Origin: Haliotis cracherodii
Taxonomy: Eukaryota
DNA length: 64,000 nucleotides
Direction of reading: 5' to 3'
Assembly (NCBI RefSeq): GCF_022045235.1
Contig: NW_027266286.1
Coordinates: 70,866,001 to 70,930,000 of the forward strand
Shown here piece after piece: positions 24,264 through 37,289 of the stretch; the first letter of the stretch is position 1; every line of letters starts with the position of its first letter. The translations under genes were made by a program, and so were the position numbers. The notes beneath the pieces are model-generated. The model did no database searches, had not been told where the DNA came from, and saw nothing but the letters and a program-made list of their open reading frames with translations.

Positions 24264-24534
24264 AATATATGTCAAGCTCCAAGCAAGTAGAAATGAACTT
24301 TACTCTCTCTTGCTCTCTGTATGTCGGTAAATGTAGCCTAACGACCCATGTTTTCATTTGATTTCATGACGTGTAGAATACATACAACAAACTTATATAT
24401 GTGCTATTATCGATATATCATTCCTGAATGGGAGATGTGGCTCCGAACTGGTATTAGGCGATTTCACATTCATAGACCCTTCTGGGTCAGTTGACCATAT
24501 TATTGTGTCAATCTCATTAAAATCAGATCTTAGT

Positions 24535-24991
24535 TCTCGCTACCGCTACACAAAGATCTCAGGACATCCCGTTGCGGGTCATGTCAGAACGACCTTTCAT
24601 CTGACCAATCAGAACATCGCTTATCAGATCATGAACGCGACAGTTGGGATGTGATTTTTGATCGGGCAACCTCGAAAAAACACACACAGGGTATACCGAC
24701 CGACAGTTATGAGCTTTATGTCTTTATTCATACAATCTAGACCATCTATTAGCCATTCCAGAATGTTCTTTTGTTCAGTTTGTAATTTTTTTATCGAGTA
24801 TATGTCAAAATATGTTTCGAAGCGTAGTCGCCAGTTTGAAGCTCGTGCCGTTAAGCTTGATTAAGCTGCCTTCTGATTGGCTATTGTCGACTCATTGTTA
24901 GTCATCCCATTGGTCGGTCAAAGTTCGCGAAAGGTCGGTCTGACGTGACCCGTAATGGGATGTCCTCAGATCTTTGTTTTGCGGTAAGAGA
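24535..24991. mobile_element. Non-autonomous DNA transposon (MITE) with ~60-bp TIRs
   Basis: TACCGCTACACAAAGATCTCAGGACATCCCGTTGCGGGTCATGTCAGAACGACCTTTC is the imperfect reverse complement of GAAAGGTCGGTCTGACGTGACCCGTAATGGGATGTCCTCAGATCTTTGTTTTGCGGTA. Confidence 0.75.
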
Positions 24992-26127
24992 TTGTTATTG
25001 TGTCAAACTCTCTTTACAACAACTGCAAACACTTTAAAATAGTACCACGAGCAGATTCATTGCAATTACCGTTAAAATGTTCATTACAAGCACGTGATTC
25101 CGGGACACCGAACGGTCCAACAGATGATTGAACATTGAACATTGAAGACGAAGTGCATTTTCTGATAACTTGCAATCGTTATTCGGATTTAAGAGTATGT
25201 CTTGTGAACCGTGCCTCTCTTATTAACCCAAACTTCATATCTTTATCTCCTATAGATCAGACCGTGCGTCCGTTCCACAAAGCTATCGTAGCGCTAAGAT
25301 GATCGTAACGCCCATATTTTAACATAGACTTACGACAGCCGTAACTCTAAGATCGCTTTGTGCAAGTGGGCCCATCTTCATTATGCAGTATGATTATTCA
25401 TCACATTCTGTGATTGCAAACATGAACATGTTCAAGCGTACACTTTATGACCGTAAATAATGACTCAACTACATTGCTTTATTAACATCTCATGTTTTTA
25501 ACTATTTGAATATCTTTATTTATTATGCCTCACAGTGAGATTGGCCAATCAGAGAACTACTAACCCCATATGAACCCGTATACCGTCAGTAAAAATCCAA
25601 GATGGTTGTTACTGACCTAATATGAGACCGTATACCGTCAGTAACAGCCATTTGGGATTTTCCAACACCCACCTCACATATTTCACATGGAAATTCTAGT
25701 ACCAAAATTCATTATTTGACACTGTTTTGTGTTTTACTATCATTTAATTTGATGTGCAAAGACGTTAATGTTTTTTTGGATCACGTTCATGACTTTAATA
25801 AAGATTATATAAAGTTAGAATTATCAACAAGGCTTGGCCTCTGAGGTTTGAAGAGTAGTCTCCCTTTGACCCTTAACGTCTTAGGTTGTAAGTGGTAAGT
25901 TTTGAGTTTTAAGTTTCGACATGACATGTGCGACAAAGATACCAAACAGTGTAAACCTTTCGGCATATTAAATTCTTTATGGTATTTATTCTGCTTACCT
26001 AATATGACACCGTATACGGCAACCATAACTAAAAATATGTAATATATGCTGCTCGGGGGAATTTGGAGCGCGCCCGATTCGATCATGTGTCTATGGTTAA
26101 TCTATTATTCCAAGGCATATAGACTAT

Positions 26128-26761
26128 TAGTGGGGCGGTTAAGGCTAAAATTGTGCACTTTGAGTTAAAAGCACCAAATTTGGCACACTTATACATTGAA
26201 CCGTTCCGAACATTCCAAGTTCAGTTACCGAATTTTAACCAAGTTCATGCAGTCCAATATATTCCCCAGATCTGCCTTACGGAATACAGATCTTGCTTCA
26301 AATGAATGAATATTAGTACCAAAAACGTATACATTCAGTAAAGCATTACTTGGAATTGTTTTTAAGCCAGATTTGATTGAAATGATTGCAATGAACAAAT
26401 GATACTGATATTGTGGACAAACATTTGACATTTTTTGAAGATTAGGTCATCTTGGATTTTCCTCGCCACCAGTGGGCGCTGCATAATAGATTTGAATTAT
26501 ATACAACATTGACGCAATTTATTTTATATAAATGACTAAAATTGACAAAATAATGATGATACATTGAATATAAATTGACGTCATAAGCGATTTTAACCAT
26601 TTTGGCGGCCATCTTGGATTTTCTACCACCGGGTGGCGGTCCTGAGGTGGATCCATATCTAGAATTGTTCGGAATGTTTCAATGTATAAGTGTGCCAAGT
26701 TTGGTGCTTTTAAGCCAAAGTGCACAATTTTGACCAAAATCCGGCCTTAACCGCCCCACTA
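26128..26761. mobile_element. Non-autonomous DNA transposon, Academ-like termini
   Basis: Ends TAGTGGGGCGGTTAAGGC...GCCTTAACCGCCCCACTA, ~90-bp imperfect TIRs, 3-bp TSD TAT. Superfamily call rests only on the TAG..CTA ends and TSD length. Confidence 0.75.
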
Positions 26762-26813
26762 TATGGTCATATGGGGGAATCGGGTGATTGTTGGCTTTCT
26801 CTTTGTAGTACAT

Positions 26814-26980
26814 GGGGGCTGTCGGGTAGCCTAGTGGTAAATGCGTTCGTTCGTCACGCCGAAGACCCAGTTTCGATTCCCGACATGGGTACAGTGTGTG
26901 AAGCCCATTTCTGGTGTCCCCCGCCGTGATATTGCTGGAACATAAAAGCGGCGTAAAACCATACTCACTCACCCACTCAC
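26814..26980 (+). mobile_element. SINE family 1
   Basis: Full copy; TSD GTAGTACAT. Confidence 0.9.
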
Positions 26981-27080
26981 TTAGTAGTACATATCATTTA
27001 TACAGGTAACATGTCCCATGTTATTTTGGCACTAAGTAGTGCTTCTAATATTTTAAACCGTAATACGGTAATTAGTGTCT

Positions 27081-27326
27081 TGTTTGGTTGTTTGTTGTTT
27101 AACGCCGCACTCAGCAATATTCCAGCTATATGACGGCGGTCTGTCAATAATCGAGTCTGGACCAGACAATCCAGTGATTGTCATCATGATCATCGATCTA
27201 CGCAATTGGGATTCGATGACATGCATCAACCAAGTCAGCGAGCCTGACCATCCGATCCCGTTAGTCGCTTCATACGGCCAGCATGGGTTGCTGAAGACCT
27301 ATTCTACCCCGGATCTTCACGGGTCT
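27081..27326 (-). mobile_element. SINE-like family 4 (GACCCGTGAAGATCCGGG head, (AAC)n-type tail)
   Basis: TSD ATTAGTGTCT. Partial copies near 9390-9485 (+), 38885-39075 (-), 50850-51020 (-), 61400-61540 (+). Confidence 0.8.
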
Positions 27327-27807
27327 ATTAGTGTCTAGTGGGACCCAGTCGGCCTGGCGCGTATACCGTTTATTGTGATATTTTAACACTTTCCTTTTCT
27401 TTCTTCTGTAACGAAAGATATTCTGATGATAGTTAACAAAAATGTATTCTAAATGCTGCTTTGTATAAACCTGTGAGGCATTATATGCATGTGCGTTTTG
27501 TCAATTATTATAACCTCTATTTTAACAAGTTCAACCTTACAACTGAAACACGTCAGTAAACCAACAATTTTTTCACTGTTAAAAACTCAAAACGTCATAC
27601 TGTGGTGCTTAGATTGTTACTTAAATCATCAAGGACTTCCATGTAATTGACATAAACTTTGTGTTTTAAGTTATTTAGATGTTGCCACGTCATATTTCAT
27701 AATTTCTTCTTCCAAATCAAGTGTTAATGATTAATTAACATCTTTACAAATAAACAAAATAAATATCTGATGAAACGTTGAAAGGATATTTACTGATTCG
27801 AATAATG

Positions 27808-28067
27808 GTCGTCTAAGGCGCCGCGATTCGGTGTGCAGAGTTGCGTCCCTTGGCTGCGCCAGAAACCTATGATTGTGGGTTCGAATCCCGGTTCGCCCCG
27901 ATTATGTTTCTAGGTTTGTCAGCACCATACCCGTACTCGTGGGTTTCACCGAAGTGGTAAACGTCTGAGACTTGCATCTCTTCGGGCTTTCCTCCCACAT
28001 TAAGTTGACACGATATGATATAACTGGAATACTGTTAAAAGCGGCGTTAAGCACAACTCACTCACTC
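27808..28067 (+). mobile_element. SINE family 2
   Basis: B box GGGTTCGAATCCC, body GTCAGCACCATACCCGT..GTGGGTTTCACCGAAGT, ACTC tail. Confidence 0.85.
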
Positions 28068-29158
28068 TAAAGTATGGAGCAGGCCTTATTTAGTTCAGGG
28101 AGGCTATTGTACATGCAGGACCCCAAAGCACTAAAACAGCTGTCGCGTGTAAGTTCAGTGACAAGGACACGATATAACTGTCAGTAGCGACATTAAACGT
28201 TCTAATCCGTCACAGCCAGGTCATCTTGCCTCTGAGACGTCCCAAACTCGCTACGCCGCTTGACAGGCTCAGCAGCTGATAGGATGGAATAAACACAACG
28301 ATGATGAGGACGCGGTTATCTATAATACACCAAAATGGTGACGTCATCTGTCGCCATGTTGGCGTCAGTTACGTATGTGGATTAATGCCATATGCCATCC
28401 TGTACAGCGAGGTATTGTGATGGCTCCATTAATTCTCCACAGCGACAAATGAATTAATCGGTACATTGTAGAGGAAAGGGTGACGAAATTCTCCAAAACC
28501 CATCCTCAAATATCAAAATAGTTTTTAAATGTGACAATTCTCTTATTAATATTTACTAAATAATTTGATGATATGACGGCAAGGTTTGACCAACGCAACA
28601 TGAAAATATAATACACACACTGATTTCAATGTGTTTTATCTTTAGAAATATAATCAATCATGCTCTTTCTACGAAGGTTTCAAAGAGCCTTATACACTTT
28701 TGCTCAAAATTTGTTTGATGAAGTTTGTAAAGTTTTCAACGGTTTATGGTTGGCAGCTGGAGGACATTTCCAAATGTGACGCATCAGTGACAAAAACGAT
28801 GTCCAATGCAATTCCCTTATTTTCACTTGTACCATATGTTCCCGTGTTTTTCTAGGTAAACTTGCCTTTGCATGTGTTTGTGACGGAGCAGGATACGATC
28901 ACCTTTTCGCGAACACCCAGTATCATCACTATTTGATAGTGATTCAAACACACATGCTCATAATAGAGCCGGAATCGTACAATTGACAGGTTGCTTATGA
29001 CTATGAAAAGGTTTTGCGTTTTATTTCCTCTCAACAAGCTACGCTATCCGAACCACTTAACATTTAAAGTGACAAAAATACATCTAAACCCTTATTTTGC
29101 TGTTATGAAGAGAAACGTGAGGACACCAAGATCACATGGGAAACTCAGCCATTAATAA

Positions 29159-29680
29159 ACATAAGAAAGAGAATTTATGGATGTCAACTTTATTATGAGG
29201 AAACACAACGTTTCGAAGTATATGCTTACTCCATTCACCTGAGACCGCCTCCGTGGTCTAGTGGTAGAGCGTCCGCCCGGAGAGCGGAAGGTCCGCGGTT
29301 CGATCCCCGGCCGCGTCATACCAAAAGACGTTAAAAGATGGTACTTGTTGTTACCCTGTCTGGCGTTCGGCATTAAGGGGCTAAAACAAGGACTGGTCGG
29401 CTCGGAGTCAGTGTCTGAGTGGGGTATTCATGTTAAACTGCGGCATGGTATCTCAGTGAGCTAGCACTATAAATCGGTATCAGTCCGGACTAGTACAAGC
29501 AGCCACACAAACACACACACGTACATGCACGTCGCTATATAAGTGCAAAAATCTTGGACGCGACGTTAAACCCCATTTCACCTCACCTCACCATTCACCT
29601 GATGAAGGAATAATCATATACTCCGAAACGTTGTTTTTCCTCATAATAAAGTTGACATCCATAAATTCTCTTTCTTATGT
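29159..29680. repeat. Long palindrome (~74-bp arms) split centrally by SINE family 3
   Basis: 29159-29232 is the reverse complement of ~29607-29680 with ~4 mismatches. Confidence 0.85.
29243..29590 (+). mobile_element. tRNA-derived SINE family 3 (~350 bp, (CACCT)n tail)
   Basis: A box TGGTCTAGTGG, B box GGTTCGATCCC; 12-bp TSD CCATTCACCTGA. Other copies 36750-37048, 48711-49009, decayed copy near 19470-19550. Confidence 0.9.
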
Positions 29681-29719
29681 GTATCACTTCTAAATGCCTT
29701 TCAAAGATTTCATTAATAC

Positions 29720-30490
29720 ATGAGTACATACATTGGCATGCAAGCGTCTTCTAGGTGTCAAATCGTTTTCAACACTCAACAACATGGTTCGAGGTGAATG
29801 TGGGCGGTATCCATTACAGCTTTATGCATACAAAAGAGTTATTGGATAAGGTTATTGAGTATGTCCGATTGTCGCTTTCCAAAGAAATGTTATTATATGA
29901 TGCTTCAGGCAGAAAGTAATGGTAACATTAATTTGGTCTCAAAATGTAAATCTTTATTGTGCAATCTGGGTTTTGGTTCTGTATGGGAAAAAGAGTGTAT
30001 AAGTCATCCTTATTCGTATTTGTCAGAATTTATGTCGCGTCTGAAATGTAGTTATGAACAGGATTGGCATAGTCTTTTGGAAAAGGGTAGTAAATCTTTC
30101 TCTTATTCTCTGTTCAAGGTATCGTTTGGTACAGAGTTGTATCTTAGCTGTGTGACCGTCAAAAAATTGAGAGTGGCGCTTTCTCGGTTTAGATGTTTTT
30201 CGCATCACCTATGTGTTGAAACTGGGAATTAAGGTTATCTCCCACGTAACAGAAGACTATGTTGTGTTTGTAATGCTGGGTATGTGGAGGACGAGTATCA
30301 TGTTTGTTAGTTTGCTCCGGTTATAACAAGTTACGGGTGGATCACTTACCACAGAAATATTGTGAATATCCGACAAATCAAAAATTTCATATCATTATGT
30401 CTACAACTGATTGTAAATTAATTGAACGTCTATTTATCTATATCTATCAAGCGATGTCACTTCGTAGTACATTATTGTCACAACAATAAC
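29720..30490 (+). mobile_element. 3' fragment of a non-LTR retrotransposon ORF2 (post-RT and Cys/His domain), inactive
   Basis: LSRFRCFSHHLCVETG*..RRLCCVCNAGYVEDEYH..VC..YNKLR motif typical of LINE ORF2 C-termini; stops and frameshifts. A similar short fragment IEDEVHFLITC lies near 25140. Confidence 0.8.
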
Positions 30491-30905
30491 AGCTGTGTAC
30501 ATCACGTCCATTGTAATACAAATGTAACTATGGGCAGATGGCCTACACTTACGAAAAAACCGAATTATACTGAAAAATGAGCTAAATTTAAAATACAATG
30601 AACTATTTTGATAGGTGTAGACATAATAACCTTCTCTAGAGTGAAACCTTATTACTCCGGACACAGTTTTGTCGGATGATCTGGTTATGAACGTCTATTA
30701 ATGTACGATTATCGTAACACCCTGCCAATGTGTGTCTCGTTAATTCGGTTGATTGTATATCGCTTCAGAGCTTGCAATTGCTTTGAAGAAACGGGATTTC
30801 GAAATAGTGACGGATCAGTGTTAACAACTGATGACTTCTTCAATACAAAAATCCTCCCATTCTTCAATCATACATACTGGGAGGTCAACATTCGGATTTT
30901 ACATT

Positions 30906-31136
30906 GTTGAGAAACACATGGCTGATGGTTGCTTACACGACCCCACCGTCAGGACACTATATCTACTTCACATCAACACTTACATCTTCGACAACTACAA
31001 AGCATGCTTCATATACGTTGTTGAGAAACACATGGCTCATGGTTGCTTACACGACCCCACCGTCAGGACACTGTATCTACTTCACATCAACACTTACATC
31101 TTCGACAACTACAAAGCATGCTTCATATACGTTGTT
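30906..31136. repeat. 114-bp tandem duplication
   Basis: Two near-identical copies starting GTTGAGAAACACATGGCT. Confidence 0.9.
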
Positions 31137-32384
31137 GCAACACATTGCCAAGTAGAATATGACTTTGTTATTAACACCGCAAAATGTCATGCAACTTTTT
31201 TATGTTTGCTAACACAGAAGTGTATGGAATGTGTTTTTCGCCGAACACAAAATTGAGACTGTGGGTTTCATAATCAACTTAGTTACACTTGCCTTCTTAT
31301 TTTAGTTTTGTATGATTGTGATTGATGGATATTCCGAAGAAAGATAAAGACGGCGTATGAGTAACATAAAAAAGACGCCTTCACTGCTAAAAAACTAGTT
31401 TCTATCGTTGACAGTAGTTTCTTCAGGATATTTTTTTTTTAAATCTGTATAAATTAACTTATCACTGACACTATCTGTGAAAGGTTGTGACCATTCCCTC
31501 TAGTTAACAATTAAGGATTCCTTATTAGAGACATCCAATTAAGAACACAGAAAATGTGGAATAGCTAGCATGGCAGCTGTTTGACTTGAATCATACAAAT
31601 TTGCGATGTTCTTCACATAAGGTCTTAATACTGGCGTACCCGTGTCATGTGTATGTCTATACGTGATACATGATCTGTTTCCTCCGACAATTACTTGGTT
31701 TATTAAAACGGCATAATCATACAAGATCAAACGGGGTATAGCTGAACAAACAACATTTGCAACAAGGTGAATGTGTGTGCGTGCATGCGTGCGTCATTGT
31801 GGAGGAATAATGTCATGAAAATGTTTTCATTACATTAATTCCTGACCATTTCAGACTGAATCGGCAACTATGAACGTTTATGCAGGCATTTTCCTAATTT
31901 GTGTTGAAAAACGCCACAATAGCAAGAACTAATAATGATGATAATAATAATAATACCTTTTTACAGCATTTTTTTAATTTTAAGCTGTAAATAATAGTAA
32001 TAATAATAATAATAAGCAAAGGCTCGTTTCAACAAATAATATTAACTTACAGATGTAAACAAAATAACACACTAGTTACAAACAACACTATCTAGAGTCT
32101 TGCCACGTCCGTTGTTTTATCAACATACAGACCTTATTGTCATATAACGTCATGGATGATGGCACAGAAGTAAGAGTATCATAAAAATAATTATCAAGCG
32201 AAAGCAGTAACTTTAGAAGTTTATCCTCCTTAGCAAGGTCCACGCAAAACAGGGAAACAATAAAATCTTTGATTGATGCGCAGGTTGCCGCACTTGAGTA
32301 ATTAAGTCACTCTGACGTACAAGGATACATCTTGATTTATCATGTGAACAATCCGGAAACATGTAGGTCATGTGTGTCTACTGC

Positions 32385-32551
32385 AGCAATGGCGGCAGTG
32401 GCTGACGTACCTGAGACACAGAGTTTGATTGACAGCTGTCACGTGACTACAGAGGCAGGGCACGAGTCGAGAGTATATAAGGAGACATTGGCCCAGGCTG
32501 AGCCAGCGACTGTGAACACCTCACGAACCGAGCTTCACACATCATCCTACC
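32385..32551 (+). promoter_or_regulatory. Promoter of A1
   Basis: AATGGCGGC near 32388, GTCACGTGAC 32438-32447, TATATAA 32474; same motifs and order as upstream of A2/A3. Confidence 0.6.
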
Positions 32552-35231
32552 ATGGGAAAGGTATATATCTATATCTTATTTATTTCTTATAAATGGCTTT
32601 TACCTTGAAATATATTTTAGACTGAACTCATTGAGAGAATTTATCTATGTGTAGAGTTCATATATCTAAGTGAAATGAATATGGTTATCTTCACTAAATT
32701 AATAATGCGTGATACCTTTACGTTAAAAGTAGCATTTTATCATTAAGAGTGAGTGAGTATGGTTTTATGCCGCTTTTAGCAATATTCCAGCATTATCACG
32801 GCGGTTATCATTTAGAAACGGCTGGCGATATTGTCATCAACACATTTTTATTTATAACAACTATTCAAAAAATAGTAATACTCAATGTTTAAAGGGTATG
32901 GTTCAAATTGGCCGTTTATTCTAGAACCTTTTGGACAAAAGGGACATCACAGCAATAAAATATCCCTTTTACTATGACATAAGTATAAGGGTGTGCTGTA
33001 CACTATACATAACATGGCCAGTTATAAGATGTAGTCTTTTGTCTTTCAGTGTATATACAGCATCGCAGCGATAGTTTGCCTCGTCGCCATGACGACGGCC
33101 CTTCCCCCTCTCCCAACTCCCGCCTGTTATTCCAAGCAACTTTCGTCTGACCAAAGCTTTGACCTCAGCTTTGTCTGCAATGACGGAAGACAATACCCTG
33201 AGTAAGTACATTTAGCAACGTAGCAAACAATTGACAGGACAGGTCGGTTTTATTTCGTTAGAAACGTCCTTTTTCGCTAGCGAAAATACCATTTGAATTT
33301 CCATATATATTAAATCAAATGAAAACGAGTCATATTTATACATAAGGCGTAAGTGCCAATAAGTCAAAATGTCGATATATATTCATTTTGTATGACATAA
33401 CATGTACGTTTGAGTCGAATTTATATGTTATAAGAGTTAATGTACCGTTAAGTCGAAGTGTCTGACATTTTCACTTTGGACTATATAACATGTACCTCTA
33501 AGTGGCATAACCGACGTGCGCTGATGAACCGTTAAGTCGAAATGTCTGACATATTCACTTTGGACTATATAACATGTACCTCTAAGTGGCATTACCGACA
33601 TGTGTTGATGTACGGTTAAGTCGAACTGTCTGACATTTTACTTTGTCTCCAGACAGGAGATCGAGGAGGCTCTGTACTACGCCGACGACCACTGGCGTAT
33701 CTACCTCAACCTGACATCCACCTGCTTCCAGGACCAGGACACCTACTTCTTGAACAAACAGTAAGTGACAAATCCGGAATAACGAATCTGGAATAGGGAG
33801 TAATGTCCCTATAGTTCATTTGATCGTCCACGATAAGCACGTCTTGAAAACTGGTTCACCATCCACTATCAATGACTTTCATTCGGGATGATTCATGAGA
33901 AACATACTGATAAAATGTAGAAAAAGAACATTAAAATATTGTGGTCTAATGTTCATTGCTCTATACACTGAAAAGCTCCATGTTAACCAAATAACGTTAC
34001 TGTTAAATGTTGTACGTTGTGTATTTAGTTCAATGCTTGTTTTCCTGGTATCCATACGAATTATCATGCCAGATATTCACTTCCCCTTTTAGCCATTCCC
34101 GTAGTTCTTTCCATAAGTATATTTGAGACCATGACATGTACAAATGAATTGCTGATGTTGGCCAATGTTACATTATTTAACATATATTGGCAAAAAGTAC
34201 ATTATTCAACATATACTGGCGAATGTTACATTATTCAACATATATTTGCGAATGTTACATTATTCAACATATATTGGCGAATGTTACATTATTCAACATA
34301 TATTTGCGAATGTTATATTATTCAACATATATTGGCGAATGTTACATTATTTACATATATTCTGGAAACGTTATTTATTTGACCTTGACCTTGCAGCTCT
34401 GAGCCCAACTACTACAAGTTGAAGAGCGTGTGCAACACCACTCGTACCATGGTGCACACCATCTATGCCAGGGACGGTCAAGTCTGCCACGTTGTCCGCC
34501 CTATGTCCCAGAAAGTCTTCTACGCCACATGCGGGTAGGTACACAGCTATGTTATTTTTAGAAAGTTCCTGTATGTTTCTACAACTCATAAAGATGTAAT
34601 AATGAAGACTAAAATTCTAAAACATGCAGACGCCAACAAAATCAAACAAATAATTCTTGGAGTAGTTTGAAATTGTTTTATAAATTTTTGTATTCAAAGG
34701 AAGCTTAAGCGAATCAAAACCCCTTGCGTATATTGTCCACATTCATATATACACACTTATTGTATAAAAATAAAGGTATAAAGGATAAAACCTTTTTGCG
34801 AAATAAAGGATTATCAACAGGGCAATAATGATAACAATCTACATATCGATACTTAATGACTTAAATATTACTTATTTACGTTATTAAATATGTATTGTTT
34901 GTTTTACAGAGGAGAATGTAACCTTGGTTACGACGGCGTGACCGGCTACCACTGCATTCAACGCGGCATCACCTACCGCAACTTCCTCGGTTACTGCCGT
35001 TTCCCCGACCCCGCAACCTTCCCAGAATCTTCCCCCATCTACGCTCTTGACCCCTCCGTCGACAACTTCTATGACCCCCGTGTTGCCCCACCAACCCACC
35101 GCATGCAGCACAACCTCCTCAAGAGCGGGGGCCACTACAAACCCAAGGGCTACTTCACGGAGTTGAGCGTTACCCTCCCCAGCTACTGCGGCTGCAGGGG
35201 ATATTTCTGCCCCCACGACAGGATTGTTTAG
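32552..35231 (+). CDS. Secreted Spaetzle/NGF-like cystine-knot protein, type A, copy A1 (242 aa)
   Basis: Exons 32552-32560, 33050-33201, 33653-33760, 34397-34534, 34910-35231, all GT-AG and in frame. Signal peptide MGKCIYSIAAIVCLVAMTTA; C..YP..I pro-region; SVC..QKVFYATC..GEC..HCIQ..LPSYCGC knot pattern; TATA at 32474; AATAAA near 35674. Confidence 0.85.
34160..34365. repeat. 29-bp intronic minisatellite (A1 intron 3); longer array at 45950-46270 in A2
   Basis: Unit AATGTTACATTATTCAACATATATTGGCG; ~7 copies in A1, ~11 in A2, one degenerate unit in A3. Confidence 0.9.
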
Positions 35232-36749
35232 ATGATGACTACGTTCTTTAAGGCACTGGTACGATTTGAACCTAGACTAGTGGACCAATGGACCAAAGTA
35301 AAACCAATTTTTTATACAAACATTTAATTTTTGATAAATGAAAACTATTTTTTTTTAACCAAAATACTTTACGATTTTTTAGCAATCTTTTCAACAAATT
35401 GGAAATTGCAAGTGTTATTTTGTTCACAGGTCACTGTTTTCAAATTATGCTTCTGTTAAACTTATAATTTTTTTTTGCACTTTTATACCACAATGTGATC
35501 TCGGTCTTAAGTTGGCAAATATGTTAATTGTAAATATTTTGCGAATTCCATGTAAATACATCCTACAGGATGTTGTGAATATGTATCTATATGTTCCATC
35601 TTTGTACAGTATAAACTGACATCACCATTACTTGTGCGCGCATGTATAATATGTACAGATAATAATATGTGAAAATAAAAGCAACATGAAAATATGTACT
35701 TTTTCTGTTTTGATGATTATTGCTTATTTTGGCCAATGAAACTTAAACATGAATATAGCTGCCTGATTTCACATTGGTCGAAGACACAGATGCATAATTA
35801 GAACTAAAGTGAGTGAACGTACGTACATACAACTGCTCTTCTCCAGACAATATGACAAGAGGGATGACTTAAAATTCCAAAAGTCAAATTTCAATTTGTG
35901 CCAAACGATATTCCTGCTCCAGCCTTTGGTGTCTGCAATTCACAACTTTTTTCGTTATAATCGAGCAGGTTCTTGCCACGAACATTTTAAAACAGCGTCA
36001 CACGTCTCCATACTCCATACAGCTGTCTGATCATGGTTACATCATTCAAAACCTCTGCAAAGCATTCAAAACGTTTTATATCAGATATGTGGAGGAACTC
36101 TACCAATTTGAAGCATCAGTGACAAAAATGATGTCAGATGCATTTCCCTGTTTTGACTTGAAACCATATGCTCCGTGTTTTTTGTTCAGGTGAGCCGTTA
36201 ACTTGCCTTTGCATGTGTTTATGACGCATGCCAGCGTTTTGGCAAGATACGCTCACCTTTTCCCGAACGCCTGATATCGTTACTATTTGATTCATAAACA
36301 CATGCTTTTGATGCAGTCGGGACCATACAAAAGGACTCACCTTTTAGTAAGGATTTATGTTTTTGTAAGTATTTGATAATACATTAAATCGGACAATTGT
36401 TAATCCAGGTGATGGTACAGATAATCTTACTGTCCAGATTAACGGTGTCGTTGGACATAAAAAGATATTTACGATTGACAAAAATGTAACTGATTTATTA
36501 AAATAGATCAACTCTGTAAAGACACGAATATTTTACCAACAATAACCAACTAACAGTTGCCTGTAAATATGCCAATCTAGAACACCTGAATTACACCAGT
36601 GGTAATGGTTCCGATATGATGGTGCTCTCAGATTGTAATTTTTCTTCTTTTCGTTATGAAATAATCACCCACGTCGCTTGCAGCTTCCATGCTTCCACGT
36701 CTATAAGTTCATGATAAAACAAAGACGATATCCTTACAGACGTTGTAGG

Positions 36750-37048
36750 GACTGCCTCCGTGGTCTGGTAGTAGAGCGTCCGCCCGGAGAGCGGAAGGTC
36801 CGGGGTTCGATCCCCGACCGCGTCAAACCAAAAGACGTTAAAAGATGGTACTTGTTGTTAAGTTGTCTGGCGCTCGGCATTAAGGCGCTAAAACAAGGAC
36901 TGGTCGGCTTGGAGTCAAAAGTGTCTGCACTATAAAACGGTCTCAGCCCGGACTAGTATAAACAGTCACACACACGTGCATGCACGTCGCTATATAAGTG
37001 CAATAATTTTGGACGTGACGGCAAACCACATTTCACCTCACCCACCTC
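36750..37048 (+). mobile_element. SINE family 3 (internally deleted; duplicated at 48711-49009)
   Basis: Same head and body; TSD CAGAC(G/A)TTGTA. Confidence 0.88.
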
Positions 37049-37289
37049 CAGACATTGTATCCATCGGACTCAAAGTCAAAGGTATTTATTGTATGTAAGG
37101 CCCCCGGCCCATATACAAAAGGGTTACAAATAAGTAGTTTTTACATATTTGGATATATACACATGTTTAACAATTTGTTTCTGAGGCAAATTGCATTTTT
37201 AACATATACAGCCTATTTTAATATGACAGCATCTTCTTTTGAAAAAAAAGAAGAGAAAAAACAGGTGCTGGATAATTTGACAGATAGCG

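Noticed and set aside
30831-31256. 141-aa ORF with an internal 38-aa repeat as a real gene
   Set aside because: Explained by a 114-bp tandem duplication; no recognisable domain or splice context.
34131-34422. Repetitive ORFs in A intron 3 (also 45918-46325) and ORF 2245-2526
   Set aside because: Minisatellite translations.
34884-35216. Antisense 110-139 aa ORFs over exon 5 of type A genes (also 46788, 58735)
   Set aside because: By-product of C/G-ending codon bias on the sense strand; no splice or promoter support.
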